From the NCBI GenBank assembly GCA_000743035.1, contig CP008936.1, forward strand, positions 390,001 to 422,000: a stretch of 32,000 nt of DNA, given 5' to 3'. Each line of letters begins with the position of its first letter. The stretch's first letter is position 1. The translations under genes and the position numbers were made by a program. The notes under the pieces are model-generated. The model was not told the DNA's origin. It was given only the letters and a program-made list of their open reading frames with translations, and did no database searches. This document shows positions 17,244 to 25,906 of the stretch, one piece after another. This stretch comes from Candidatus Paracaedimonas acanthamoebae (GTDB lineage Bacteria > Pseudomonadota > Alphaproteobacteria > Caedimonadales > Caedimonadaceae).

Positions 17244-17453
17244 CGATTATTATCTCCCCAATTCTTTTTTACCGAACCATTTCTCTGTACTGTCCTAATA
17301 TGAATCTAGGTAATATGGTGCCAGTTATTGAAGTCATCCTCATAAGCTCAGTATAAAAATCTTGCTCATGGGCTAAAATTCATATTGACTTACGTACAAC
17401 AAAGCAGACTTATTATTTCTGCCAATTATGGCTTAATAATTAAGGAGACAATA

Positions 17454-18071
17454 ATGTTAAATATAATTAGGTTTCTTTCATTAACAATTTTTGTAGGACT
17501 ATGTCTTTCTCCCAATGTCTCTGCAAGTTATACACTTAATGGAGCCAAACTTGAAGATATTTTATGAGATGAAACTAGAAAAACAATCACAGCAAAGTCT
17601 GGAACAGATGATGATGCAGCCGTAATATGGTTTGATCAAAAAGTAATCAATCTACGGTGGGCAAAAATTAGTATTAATCCTGATGAAGTTACAACAATGA
17701 AACTTGAAGCAGGTGGCGCGAAGTTTATAGCACCAACTATATCACTTACTTGCGGAAATTATAAAGATGAAGGAGGATTATTAGGAGCTCCTATTACTCA
17801 ATCTTTAACAATTAAATCAAATAAATTCTCATTTAATTAAGCTTCATTTATGTTTCAAGAAAAAGCTTCAATTGAAGCTGACGACACTTCACCTTCCATC
17901 ATTCGTTCCCTTGAATTTATCAAGAAGTCAGGTGCACAATCTATTCTCCTCCCAGGAGAGATAGATTTTACCAAGAAAGACGGAAATTTCACGGGCTCTG
18001 TCGAGATTCCTGGTCTCCTTATTGCAGGTCTTCATGAACTAGTCATTACCTTTGATAAAACTAAATTTTAA
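17454..18071 (+). pseudogene. secreted-protein gene interrupted by two in-frame stop codons
   Basis: AAGGAG (17442-17447) plus ATG 17454 and signal peptide MLNIIRFLSLTIFVGLCLSPNVSA. The same reading frame runs to 18071 but is broken by TGA (17565-17567) and TAA (17838-17840). The track ORF 17850..18071 is the third in-frame piece. Confidence 0.6.
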
Positions 18072-18081
18072 AAAATCTTTC

Positions 18082-18111
18082 ATAGAGACCGCTTCTCTTT
18101 GCGGTCTCTAT
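18082..18111. terminator. strong hairpin between convergent genes (probable bidirectional terminator)
   Basis: ATAGAGACCGC-TTCTCTTT-GCGGTCTCTAT, a perfect 11-bp stem. An A-run lies upstream on +, which is a T-run for the minus strand downstream of traD. Confidence 0.6.
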
Positions 18112-18153
18112 TAATCACCTAATTCACTATGAGTAGTTTAACTCAAGAAGATT

Positions 18154-19803
18154 CTAAGCTAGGGCTTTTCCTTCTTGAAGAATAGATTGATAAGGCATTT
18201 TTAGCTTGGTAATGGGGTAATTTCCTGGAAGCTTTATGTAAGCCTCGAGATCTTTTAAATTTTGGATTTCTGTAGATAAAATAATAGGTTTCGTATGTGT
18301 TTGCTGATTTAAGGACACGCCATCCCTTATAGTATTTGCCCCATATGAGAGATTCTCAACCATCTCTGTTTCATCTTTCTCACCTAAGACTTTAGAAATC
18401 CAACCTGTCGTTTGGGGATCTGTGCTTCTGAAGAAGATGAAGGTATTAAAGAGATCAAGGATGGCTTGAGAACCAGCATTACCATAAAGATCACTGAGCT
18501 GTGGCATCCCTTGAATTCCTGCCATGATGCAGCCACCATACTTTCGCAATTCGGCCAGAGCTAAAGGCAAGGATGGTAATTGCTGCAGGGCAGGAAGCTC
18601 GTCAATCATAAACCAGAGCCTTCTTTGTTGATCAGGTAATAAGCTCATGATTGCATTAAAGGCAATCTCAAGCCAGCAAGAGATCAATGACTTTAAGGTT
18701 TCTCGCTGATCAGGTCTTGCGGTAATAAAGAGCCAATTATTCTGCTCTTCTTCTTGAACCCAACGCCTGATTGAAAAACTCTTATTCTGGTCATTGAGGT
18801 ATTTTAAGCTTTTAATCTGGACAGCCAAGTTTGAGCGCACAGAAAGCGTCATCTTCTCTCCTTCTTTGCTTGTGTAAGAAGCAGCTTCTGTCTCCTTGAA
18901 GAAACTCTCAAACTCATTAAGATCAGATGTGATTAAAATACGATGCAATTCATGAATACTGTGATCACCTAAGTGATCCAATTTTTGCATGGCTGTTGAG
19001 AAGAGGGCGCGTGAGGCATTATCCCAAAAGCGATCAGAGACATACTTTTGTTGAGAGATGAATCCTGCAGCAAGCATATCATAATGGCTTGCAAAGGTAC
19101 AATCCGCCCAAGGATTCCAGTTGGCTGAGCGCGTGTCAAAAGGGTTTAGGATTAAGTCCCCTTGTTGATAAAACTTAGAGATATACTGGCCTGTAAGATC
19201 AACAACAAGTGCTCTGTTAGCCCTTTTTCTTACCTGAGGTGCCAGAATATTAAAGCAATTGGATTTCCCGGATCCTGTTGTGCCTGAGATCAAAATATGG
19301 GAGTTTTCCTTATCCTTGATGAGTGGAAGATTCGCAATTTTAAGATCAGAATTTTTTCTTCTAAATTTAATTAGCCATTTAAGTTTAAAAGGCGATATAA
19401 ATTTGTTTCCACGATTGTGTTTTTTCTGTCTTTGGCGTGCTCCTATTACAAGCCAAGAGAGGAGGATGATACTCAATGAAATCAAGAAAGCTTTAAAACC
19501 GTATGGGAAGTTTTTCCCCAGAATATAATTTACCTTTGAAACCCTTTTTAAGACTTGGGGAAGCCGATGTGTTGTTGTCTTGTCATCAATAACAAAAAGT
19601 AGAAAAGGGTTCAGCTCATGACTGTAATACCTAGCGTAGCTTTGCCAATAGGCTTTAGGGACTTGGTTATAAGACTTGATTGAGTAGAATATTAAGCCAA
19701 TCAGCAATGAGCATAAAATGCTTACTTTCATCACCTGCCTCAGCATGGAAATGAAGTGAATATTTGTTTGCCCACCACGGGTTATATTATGGAGTATCCC
19801 CAT
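18154..19803 (-). CDS. traD: type IV coupling protein TraD (F-type, VirD4/TraG superfamily)
   Basis: N-terminal TM segments. Walker A ISGTTGSGKSN. Walker B LWFMIDELPAL. About 550 aa. Confidence 0.88.
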   Translation of the reverse strand: MGILHNITRGGQTNIHFISMLRQVMKVSILCSLLIGLIFYSIKSYNQVPKAYWQSYARYYSHELNPFLLFVIDDKTTTHRLPQVLKRVSKVNYILGKNFPYGFKAFLISLSIILLSWLVIGARQRQKKHNRGNKFISPFKLKWLIKFRRKNSDLKIANLPLIKDKENSHILISGTTGSGKSNCFNILAPQVRKRANRALVVDLTGQYISKFYQQGDLILNPFDTRSANWNPWADCTFASHYDMLAAGFISQQKYVSDRFWDNASRALFSTAMQKLDHLGDHSIHELHRILITSDLNEFESFFKETEAASYTSKEGEKMTLSVRSNLAVQIKSLKYLNDQNKSFSIRRWVQEEEQNNWLFITARPDQRETLKSLISCWLEIAFNAIMSLLPDQQRRLWFMIDELPALQQLPSLPLALAELRKYGGCIMAGIQGMPQLSDLYGNAGSQAILDLFNTFIFFRSTDPQTTGWISKVLGEKDETEMVENLSYGANTIRDGVSLNQQTHTKPIILSTEIQNLKDLEAYIKLPGNYPITKLKMPYQSILQEGKALA

Positions 19804-19854
19804 TTACTTTCATTTTCCTTTCTTGTTTGCTAGTATGGGTTGAGAGGATATTAG

Positions 19855-20442
19855 ATGATGAAAGCTCAAATTAAGATCGATGCACTTGAACAACGCTTTT
19901 TTATTTGCTTGCTTGCAGCTATTTTTGCTTTCTTCTGTTTTGTGGCTTGGGGAAGAGAAATCTATGACCTTTTGAGCAGCTATATTGTAATTGTACTTCT
20001 TCTTGATCAGCTCTCGCGCTTTATAAAGCCTTCTGCTATCGGAAAAAAGGAGATTTTGAAGCAGTATAAAATTACCCAGGAACAGCTTGAGAAGTATATT
20101 AAATCTAAGCGAAACTACAGGCTCTTTGCAGCAAGTGTTGCAGGCCTTGGTGGGGGTATTTCCTTTGTACTTGGCGCTCCATTTAGTCTTATCTTCGTCA
20201 TAACTTATGCCTTGGTATGGTGCTTGTACCCTATTTATCGGATTCGCTTCCTTAAAATACCTGCACCACGCATTAAGCTTGAGGTACGAGAGTCGACTTT
20301 TGGTCCTAACTTTCTTAATAGTTTCTATGATGAACTCAACCCAGGCAACAGTTTGGCTTGGAATTCTGCGCAAAGTGAGAGGATACATAACCTCATGAAT
20401 TCTGCGAATTCTACGGCTTCTCATTCAAAGAATCTTCATTAA
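19855..20442 (+). CDS. hypothetical polytopic membrane protein, opposite in orientation to the tra operon
   Basis: ATGATG is preceded by GAGAGGA. About 4 hydrophobic helices (FFICLLAAIFAFFCFVAW, IVIVLLL, LFAASVAGLGGGISFVLGAPFSLIFVITYALVW). T-rich third codon positions resemble neighbouring genes. It competes with the fully antiparallel 204-codon ORF 19810..20424(-). Confidence 0.4.
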   Translation: MMKAQIKIDALEQRFFICLLAAIFAFFCFVAWGREIYDLLSSYIVIVLLLDQLSRFIKPSAIGKKEILKQYKITQEQLEKYIKSKRNYRLFAASVAGLGGGISFVLGAPFSLIFVITYALVWCLYPIYRIRFLKIPAPRIKLEVRESTFGPNFLNSFYDELNPGNSLAWNSAQSERIHNLMNSANSTASHSKNLH

Positions 20443-23200
20443 GTGATTTCCTGACTTCTTCCAGATTTTTTATCTTCTGTCCTTGTTCCTTATAAACTTT
20501 TCGAGACAGATCGTTACCAAAGCTTAAAATGTTGTCTTCCCCTTGCTGGATGATCTGGGGATTATCAGCCATATTGCTGACTTCTGATCTTAGGTGGGAA
20601 ATTTCTTGCTCTATCTCATGCGATTTTTCATTATAATCCTTGAAGCCAGAATTTCTTGCATGGGTGTGCACTTCTGAATAGTGGCTATTAAGGCTATCTA
20701 GCTTAGGCGTCGAGTCTGAATACTGTTGATAAGCTTTCCTGATATCTTCAACAGAGTTAATGGCAGTACGATCAAAGTAGTTATCGAGCTCTGCTTGCCT
20801 CTCTTCTAGAAACTTTCTTTGGTAAACTCTATTCATGAGAGGATCGTTAAGAGCTAAGTACTTAGCTTGATGGGTTCCCATAGGACCAGGCGTTCCCATA
20901 TAGCTTTGCTGAGGAAGCCATTCCATATACTCTTGATTGACAGCGTCAGTAATTGCCCACCCTTGTTGTGAAGCTGTTGAGGCCGACTCCGTAAAGGACT
21001 TAGTACGAGCCAAAGAAGCACTAGCTTCAGTTCTATATTGATCTGATTTGTCTAAAGATGAAGATATACTTTCCGCATAACGCTGGCCAACATCGTCATT
21101 AATGCTTCCTCTGAGATCTCGCGCTGCTTGCCTTATGGTATTGAAGTCTTCTCTCAGATTGTTCTGATGTACAAAATTCTCTGCTTTTGCATAAGTATCT
21201 GTTTTTCCTGTCTTACTTGAAACATCCCCTCTAACCCCTATTGAAGCATTAACATTTGCTTTCTTAAAACCAAAAGAGCCAGAGAAACCTACTGCTGCTT
21301 CAGCAAGTAACTGAGAGGCTTGGTCGTAGCTAATGCCGGTTTGGTTTACAAAGTTCTGAGTTTTATCATGGATATGCGAAAGACTTTTACCCAAACTCCC
21401 TTGCACTGTATTAGAATATCCTGTTGCAAAATTCTTGCTTGTCGCTTGATGGCGCGCGAGATCAATCATATCTCGATAGGCTTTCGCTTCTTGCTGGCTT
21501 GCAGCTACCATAGAATTATGAGCAGCAGTCTCTGAGCGGGCTGCTTGCCTTTGGAACATCGATTGCATGCTTTCAGAAATATTCATGTTGCTCGCAAGAG
21601 AGGAAATCTTCTCATCTAGAATTTGAGCACCGTCTGCCGTTGTAATTTCTTGGATACGCCCATCATTTTGCGTAAAAGCCCCTGAATGCCAACTCCCTGA
21701 GAGCATATGTTGATTCATGTTTGTGTTATTTGCTTGTACTGTTCCTAAAGAGACATTCCCTAGAGAGTAGTTGCCTGAGGTCAGTTCATCGCCTGCTCTT
21801 GAGGCGACACTTTGTGAAACACCCCCTAAATGGGTTGCAAGATTATTGAATGCAGCAATACCCCCTTTAACAAGCCCAGCTGCTAAGAAAGGAATGCTGA
21901 TCGCAGCCCAGCCTGCCATGGCAGAGAGGTCCGCATGAAAATTCATGAGTCCAAGAGAGTTCGCAATTGTCACCTCATGGCCTTCCCCAAGTGTTGTGAG
22001 TGACAAGCTATGAGACTTCCCATAAACCGTCATAATCATATTAAGGACAGCATAAAGCGGTGCCCAACATTGAATCCACACAACAAGACCAAGCCACGTC
22101 TTAAAGACCTTCCATCCCCAGGGCATTAAAACTAAGGGGAAGACCACAAGGAAAGCGACATAAATAATAGCTTCAAACAATATTTTCATGACAGGTAAGG
22201 TATCAGCTGCTATTTCCCCTAAAGCCTTATTGGTATTTCTTTGTTGGAGATAAGCCTTAGCAATTGCAGGGTTCGAAGCATTACCTAAGGCCACAGACTT
22301 ATTCTCAATTCCTTCTAGGACTGAGTGGATCATCATTTGTTGCTTGATAAGCTCTTCAGCATTTTTAGCGGAATCTGTGAGGTAGCCAAATGAAAGAGGC
22401 AGATATTTAAAAATCTCTGCCTTATAATTGAGAGGGACTTTCTCCCTTGCTCCAAAAAGTCTCTTGCCAAAAAAATCTGCTGATTTTTCTATTGATTTTC
22501 CAAGAAGAGTATTGAGCTTTTCAGCACCAACCTTACAAGTCACAATTTCACTCTTCTTACCCACCTCTTGCCAGAGGAAAGCCCTTACTGGAGAGGGATT
22601 ATTAGTCACTAACGTCCAAATGTCATCTGTGTTCTTCAGATCCTGAAAGGTATATTTACGCCCCAAAAGGGCATCATAAACCACACATTGGGTTACAAAC
22701 CCCCGCATGTTTTCCGCAACGTTTTCATCCACGATATGGAAGATTCTTGAGTTCTTAATGAGGTTACTGGCAAACACAGCCCCTGTCTTATGATACTTAA
22801 GGTCATCAGGAAGAGAGAACACTTGCTCGATCTTTTCAGTCATGGCATGGCCTAGTTGGCTAAAGAGGCCTGCTACAAATCCAAGGCCAAAAGGAACATG
22901 GGCGACCACGTATTCTTTTCTGCCGACAAGATTATCAATAATATGAACTGTGGTGGTCGGCGTTAGGATCACAAAGAGCATCACAATAAAAGGAATAAAG
23001 AAAGACCTGAGGATCTCCATTTGATCGCGCCACATTGTCTGTACGATGGCCATCAAAAGACCTGCCATGGCTCCAATCCTCACAAAGGAATTAAAGAAGA
23101 TTCCTTTGTGTCCCTCAGCCCCACTGATGAGAGAGGCAATGCCATTAAAGATTAGAGATAAGATTTCACCACCACCAAGGGTATAGATTGTTATTTCCAT
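20411..23200 (-). CDS. traG: F-type conjugal transfer protein TraG (TraG_N family; pilus assembly and mating-pair stabilisation)
   Basis: N-terminus MEITIYTLGGGEILSLIFNGIASLI, multiple TM helices, and a long hydrophilic C-terminal half. 929 aa, comparable to F TraG. Confidence 0.85.
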   Translation of the reverse strand: MEITIYTLGGGEILSLIFNGIASLISGAEGHKGIFFNSFVRIGAMAGLLMAIVQTMWRDQMEILRSFFIPFIVMLFVILTPTTTVHIIDNLVGRKEYVVAHVPFGLGFVAGLFSQLGHAMTEKIEQVFSLPDDLKYHKTGAVFASNLIKNSRIFHIVDENVAENMRGFVTQCVVYDALLGRKYTFQDLKNTDDIWTLVTNNPSPVRAFLWQEVGKKSEIVTCKVGAEKLNTLLGKSIEKSADFFGKRLFGAREKVPLNYKAEIFKYLPLSFGYLTDSAKNAEELIKQQMMIHSVLEGIENKSVALGNASNPAIAKAYLQQRNTNKALGEIAADTLPVMKILFEAIIYVAFLVVFPLVLMPWGWKVFKTWLGLVVWIQCWAPLYAVLNMIMTVYGKSHSLSLTTLGEGHEVTIANSLGLMNFHADLSAMAGWAAISIPFLAAGLVKGGIAAFNNLATHLGGVSQSVASRAGDELTSGNYSLGNVSLGTVQANNTNMNQHMLSGSWHSGAFTQNDGRIQEITTADGAQILDEKISSLASNMNISESMQSMFQRQAARSETAAHNSMVAASQQEAKAYRDMIDLARHQATSKNFATGYSNTVQGSLGKSLSHIHDKTQNFVNQTGISYDQASQLLAEAAVGFSGSFGFKKANVNASIGVRGDVSSKTGKTDTYAKAENFVHQNNLREDFNTIRQAARDLRGSINDDVGQRYAESISSSLDKSDQYRTEASASLARTKSFTESASTASQQGWAITDAVNQEYMEWLPQQSYMGTPGPMGTHQAKYLALNDPLMNRVYQRKFLEERQAELDNYFDRTAINSVEDIRKAYQQYSDSTPKLDSLNSHYSEVHTHARNSGFKDYNEKSHEIEQEISHLRSEVSNMADNPQIIQQGEDNILSFGNDLSRKVYKEQGQKIKNLEEVRKSLNEDSLNEKP

Positions 23201-23206
23201 GATGTG

Positions 23207-24598
23207 TTACCTTTTTCCTGTGGCGACCATTGAGGCAGTGCTAAAAAGCTGAGCTTCAAGGGCAGATGTTTTTTCAATAAGTGAAAGAATTGATTGAAGC
23301 TGCTGAACAACGCTTGTTCTTCGTTGAACAACGCGTTCTCTGACCTTATGGATGCCATCCAAAAGTCTTTTAATGTGAGAGTCATCGACTTGAACGGTTC
23401 TCAAGTCGTCCAAATTGATAGTGACGATATCCAATACTTCCAACAGATATTGGGACAAAAGATCATAGGCAATAAGACGAGAGTAATCTCGAATATCAAT
23501 AGGAGATTTCCCTCTTTGATAAGCAGTTGTCACATTGAGGATTTTATAAATCGGAAGGCTCGTTGAATTGAGGAAAGCGAGTTCTTCTTTCGTAAGAGGT
23601 TCATCCATATAAACTTTGTTCACCATAGAATCCAGGAGTGCATGAACTCTTGCTTCTAAGGGTTTAGAGACACTTACTTGAGCGGCACGGGGATTTAAGC
23701 ATTTCTCCTTATCATCACATTTCCAGATCTTGGCTTGTCCTCCTTGGAGAAGAGCATTAATTAAATCTCCATGATCAGCAAGTGATGAAAGAACAGACAC
23801 TGTAAGGGGAGATTTATCGCTGCTTCCTGTTTTTCGAGAGATCAGGCTTCCAGAAAGCGTCATAAAGAACTCGGCCATCTCTTGATCTTTTGTGAGGAAA
23901 GAGTTTTTCTGAATAGCTTTCCAGGCTAGGTTATACTCCCCAACAACCATGTTTTTATAGGCAACTAGATCTTCTTTATTCCCTGTTGCAGGTGGATTAG
24001 AAAGAAGTGAATCTCTTTGGCCCCCTGCGCCACAACCCTGACGTGAGGCTGCCCAATCTGAGAACACCCCAAGGTTATTGCCCATGGAAGAGCATAAGTG
24101 TTTGCTTGACGCATCCGCCCTTGGCCATAGCGCGCCTAAGGTGGTGGCTGTGACTTCACAGGTGTTGATATTGGTTTGATTGATCTTCTGCGCTACGGCA
24201 TTGAGTTCATTGATTGTGTTGTAGATTTGGGAGGAAACGGTTTGCATCAAAAGCATAAAGGCATAGCTTGGCATGCTGGATCCAATGGCTCTTAAAGCAC
24301 TCAAATATTCTTGAACCTTGATGAAGCTTAAGCCCCCTAAATGTAGATCAATCCCGCCACACCCTGCGCGATAAGAGGGTAAGTGAAGGGAGAGAGGTTG
24401 GATGTTTTTAGAGGAGTTCCGAATAAAAACACCCCCACCCGTATAATAACCTGCGGCTTGATCTTGGTAGACAGAGGCAGAGGTGGAATTGGTAACCGAT
24501 CCCATGCTCTTAAAGAAGTCTTCAAGATCTGAATTAATACCTGCATACGCTGGAATAAAGCTAATGAACGTAATAAAGAATAAAAAGAGTTTCTTCAT
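23207..24598 (-). CDS. traH: F-type conjugal transfer protein TraH
   Basis: Signal peptide, then GINSDLEDFFKSMG...QDQAAGYYTGGG...AGCGGIDLHLGGLSFI, paralleling F TraH. Confidence 0.88.
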   Translation of the reverse strand: MKKLFLFFITFISFIPAYAGINSDLEDFFKSMGSVTNSTSASVYQDQAAGYYTGGGVFIRNSSKNIQPLSLHLPSYRAGCGGIDLHLGGLSFIKVQEYLSALRAIGSSMPSYAFMLLMQTVSSQIYNTINELNAVAQKINQTNINTCEVTATTLGALWPRADASSKHLCSSMGNNLGVFSDWAASRQGCGAGGQRDSLLSNPPATGNKEDLVAYKNMVVGEYNLAWKAIQKNSFLTKDQEMAEFFMTLSGSLISRKTGSSDKSPLTVSVLSSLADHGDLINALLQGGQAKIWKCDDKEKCLNPRAAQVSVSKPLEARVHALLDSMVNKVYMDEPLTKEELAFLNSTSLPIYKILNVTTAYQRGKSPIDIRDYSRLIAYDLLSQYLLEVLDIVTINLDDLRTVQVDDSHIKRLLDGIHKVRERVVQRRTSVVQQLQSILSLIEKTSALEAQLFSTASMVATGKR

Positions 24599-25371
24599 AA
24601 TTTACCTATGAGAGTCATAATGCGGGATTCCATTTCATCTTCAGATGATATGCCGTAGCTAATGGGAAGCAGGGTTTGCGTTTTAGGATTGACCGCAATT
24701 AAAGCAGGCACTTGAGTAATTGAAAGCTTTTCTGCAATGCCATTATCAAGAAGGGGCTTGGGATATTCCTTAAGCTTTCCCCCATCAAGGCTCACAGCCT
24801 TAACAGCCCAGCCATAGCGGGCTGCAAAGCGCTTCACAATCGGGGAAAAAGTATGGCAGTAAGGACAATCTCCCTTAAAAAAGAAGAAGAAGCCATAAGA
24901 ATTAGATAATGCCTTTAACTTGGCGCGCTTGAGTTTATTCTCTTCATCAATGTAGGTATGTCTTCCAACCTGATTAATAGGGTACTTGCTCGTAAAATCC
25001 AGATGAGGATTGTGATAAATGGATTGCATCCAGCGATCTGCAAAGAGCTGGCCTCTTTCCATCAAATCTTTCTGGAACTCCTGATAAGCTCTCACATTCT
25101 CAAGGGTTGGAAAAAATATGGCAAGATGAAGGCGGCGTTCTAGCTCTTTTTGATAAAGCTTCAAGAGTTGGGAGGGTGTTATATTTTGAGGCGTTTGGGG
25201 TGTTTTCTGTTTCTCTTTATACTTTTCCTCATTCTTGCGATCTTCATACCAATGCCAGCCTTCAGCCCTCCTTTTATAAAAAGAGTCTTCTGCAAGAAGA
25301 GGTCTTACCCATAGAAAAATAAGACAAGTTAATACACCACTGATGAGAGTTGCGTTAAACTTGTTAAACAT
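24595..25371 (-). CDS. traF: F-type conjugal transfer protein TraF (thioredoxin fold, CxxC retained)
   Basis: EGWHWYED motif. Thioredoxin-like FFFFKGDCPYCHTFSP. Signal-like N-terminus from ATG 25371 (MFNKFNATLISGVLTCLIFLWVRPLLA). TGA/ATG (ATGA) overlap with traH. Confidence 0.85.
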   Translation of the reverse strand: MFNKFNATLISGVLTCLIFLWVRPLLAEDSFYKRRAEGWHWYEDRKNEEKYKEKQKTPQTPQNITPSQLLKLYQKELERRLHLAIFFPTLENVRAYQEFQKDLMERGQLFADRWMQSIYHNPHLDFTSKYPINQVGRHTYIDEENKLKRAKLKALSNSYGFFFFFKGDCPYCHTFSPIVKRFAARYGWAVKAVSLDGGKLKEYPKPLLDNGIAEKLSITQVPALIAVNPKTQTLLPISYGISSEDEMESRIMTLIGKL

Positions 25372-25379
25372 GTTATACT
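25350..25379 (+). promoter_or_regulatory. possible relBE promoter with a palindromic operator overlapping the traF start codon
   Basis: TTGCGT (25350-25355), 18-nt spacer, TATACT (25374-25379). GTTAAAC is directly repeated. The 8-bp palindrome AACATGTT (25366-25373) contains the traF ATG on the other strand. Confidence 0.3.
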
Positions 25380-25405
25380 TACTAAATAATGAAAGGAAAT
25401 TTATC

Positions 25406-25636
25406 ATGCTGGGTGTTCGGCTCCCTGAAGAATTAGAAAAGCGTCTTGATCAACTGTCGAAAGAAACACACAGGTCCAAGAGCTATTATGTAAAGCGCGC
25501 TCTTGAAGAGTTCCTTCAAGATCAAGGAGATTATTTGCTAGCACTCGCTCGCTATGAGAAAGTCCAACAAGGTGAGAGGACTTATTCATTAGAAGAAATC
25601 GAAGCCCTGCTTGAGCAAAAGAATGGCAAGCACTAA
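25406..25636 (+). CDS. relB: ribbon-helix-helix (CopG/RelB-type) antitoxin
   Basis: MLGVRLPEELEKRLDQLSKETHRSKSYYVKRALEEFL is a typical RHH N-terminus. It overlaps the downstream toxin gene by 14 nt. Confidence 0.8.
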   Translation: MLGVRLPEELEKRLDQLSKETHRSKSYYVKRALEEFLQDQGDYLLALARYEKVQQGERTYSLEEIEALLEQKNGKH

Positions 25637-25901
25637 ATGGGAGCTGAGATTCCAAAAGGATGCCCAAAAAGAGTTCCTGAAGCTTGATCCCCCTATCCAA
25701 AGAAGAATTTTGCAGTATTTTAAAGAACGGATTTTGGTAGCCGACAATCCAAGAACAGTTGGCAAAGCCTTGACAGGGAACCTGCAAGAGTTTTGGCGTT
25801 ATCGCGTTGGGGACTATCGTATCATCTGTAAAATAGAAGATGAGAAGATTATTATTACTGTTGTAATGATAGGCCATCGACGAGAAGTGTATGAGGGATA
25901 G
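25623..25901 (+). CDS. relE: RelE/ParE-family type II toxin
   Basis: WELRFQKDAQKEFLKLD...FWRYRVGDYRIICKIEDEKIIITVVMIGHRREVY is the RelE/StbE pattern. The ATG at 25623 is preferred over the track TTG at 25611. Confidence 0.85.
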   Translation: MASTKWELRFQKDAQKEFLKLDPPIQRRILQYFKERILVADNPRTVGKALTGNLQEFWRYRVGDYRIICKIEDEKIIITVVMIGHRREVYEG

Positions 25902-25906
25902 TGCCA

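Noticed and set aside
17565-17567. Possibility that the in-frame TGA reflects genetic code 4 (TGA = Trp) in this organism.
   Set aside because: TGA acts as the stop in five ATGA start/stop overlaps in the tra operon (24595, 27712, 29450, 30867, 31205). Those proteins end at family-typical C-termini. The second interruption is TAA, which no such code reassigns.
23191-23385. A 64-aa ORF overlapping the traH 3' end and traG start. Other small overlapping ORFs occur at 24337..24546, 24958..25322, 25404..25907(-), 30767..30964 and 31463..31891.
   Set aside because: They are alternative-frame or antisense ORFs inside well-supported tra or relBE genes. ORF 25404..25907(-) is antisense to the motif-bearing relB/relE pair.
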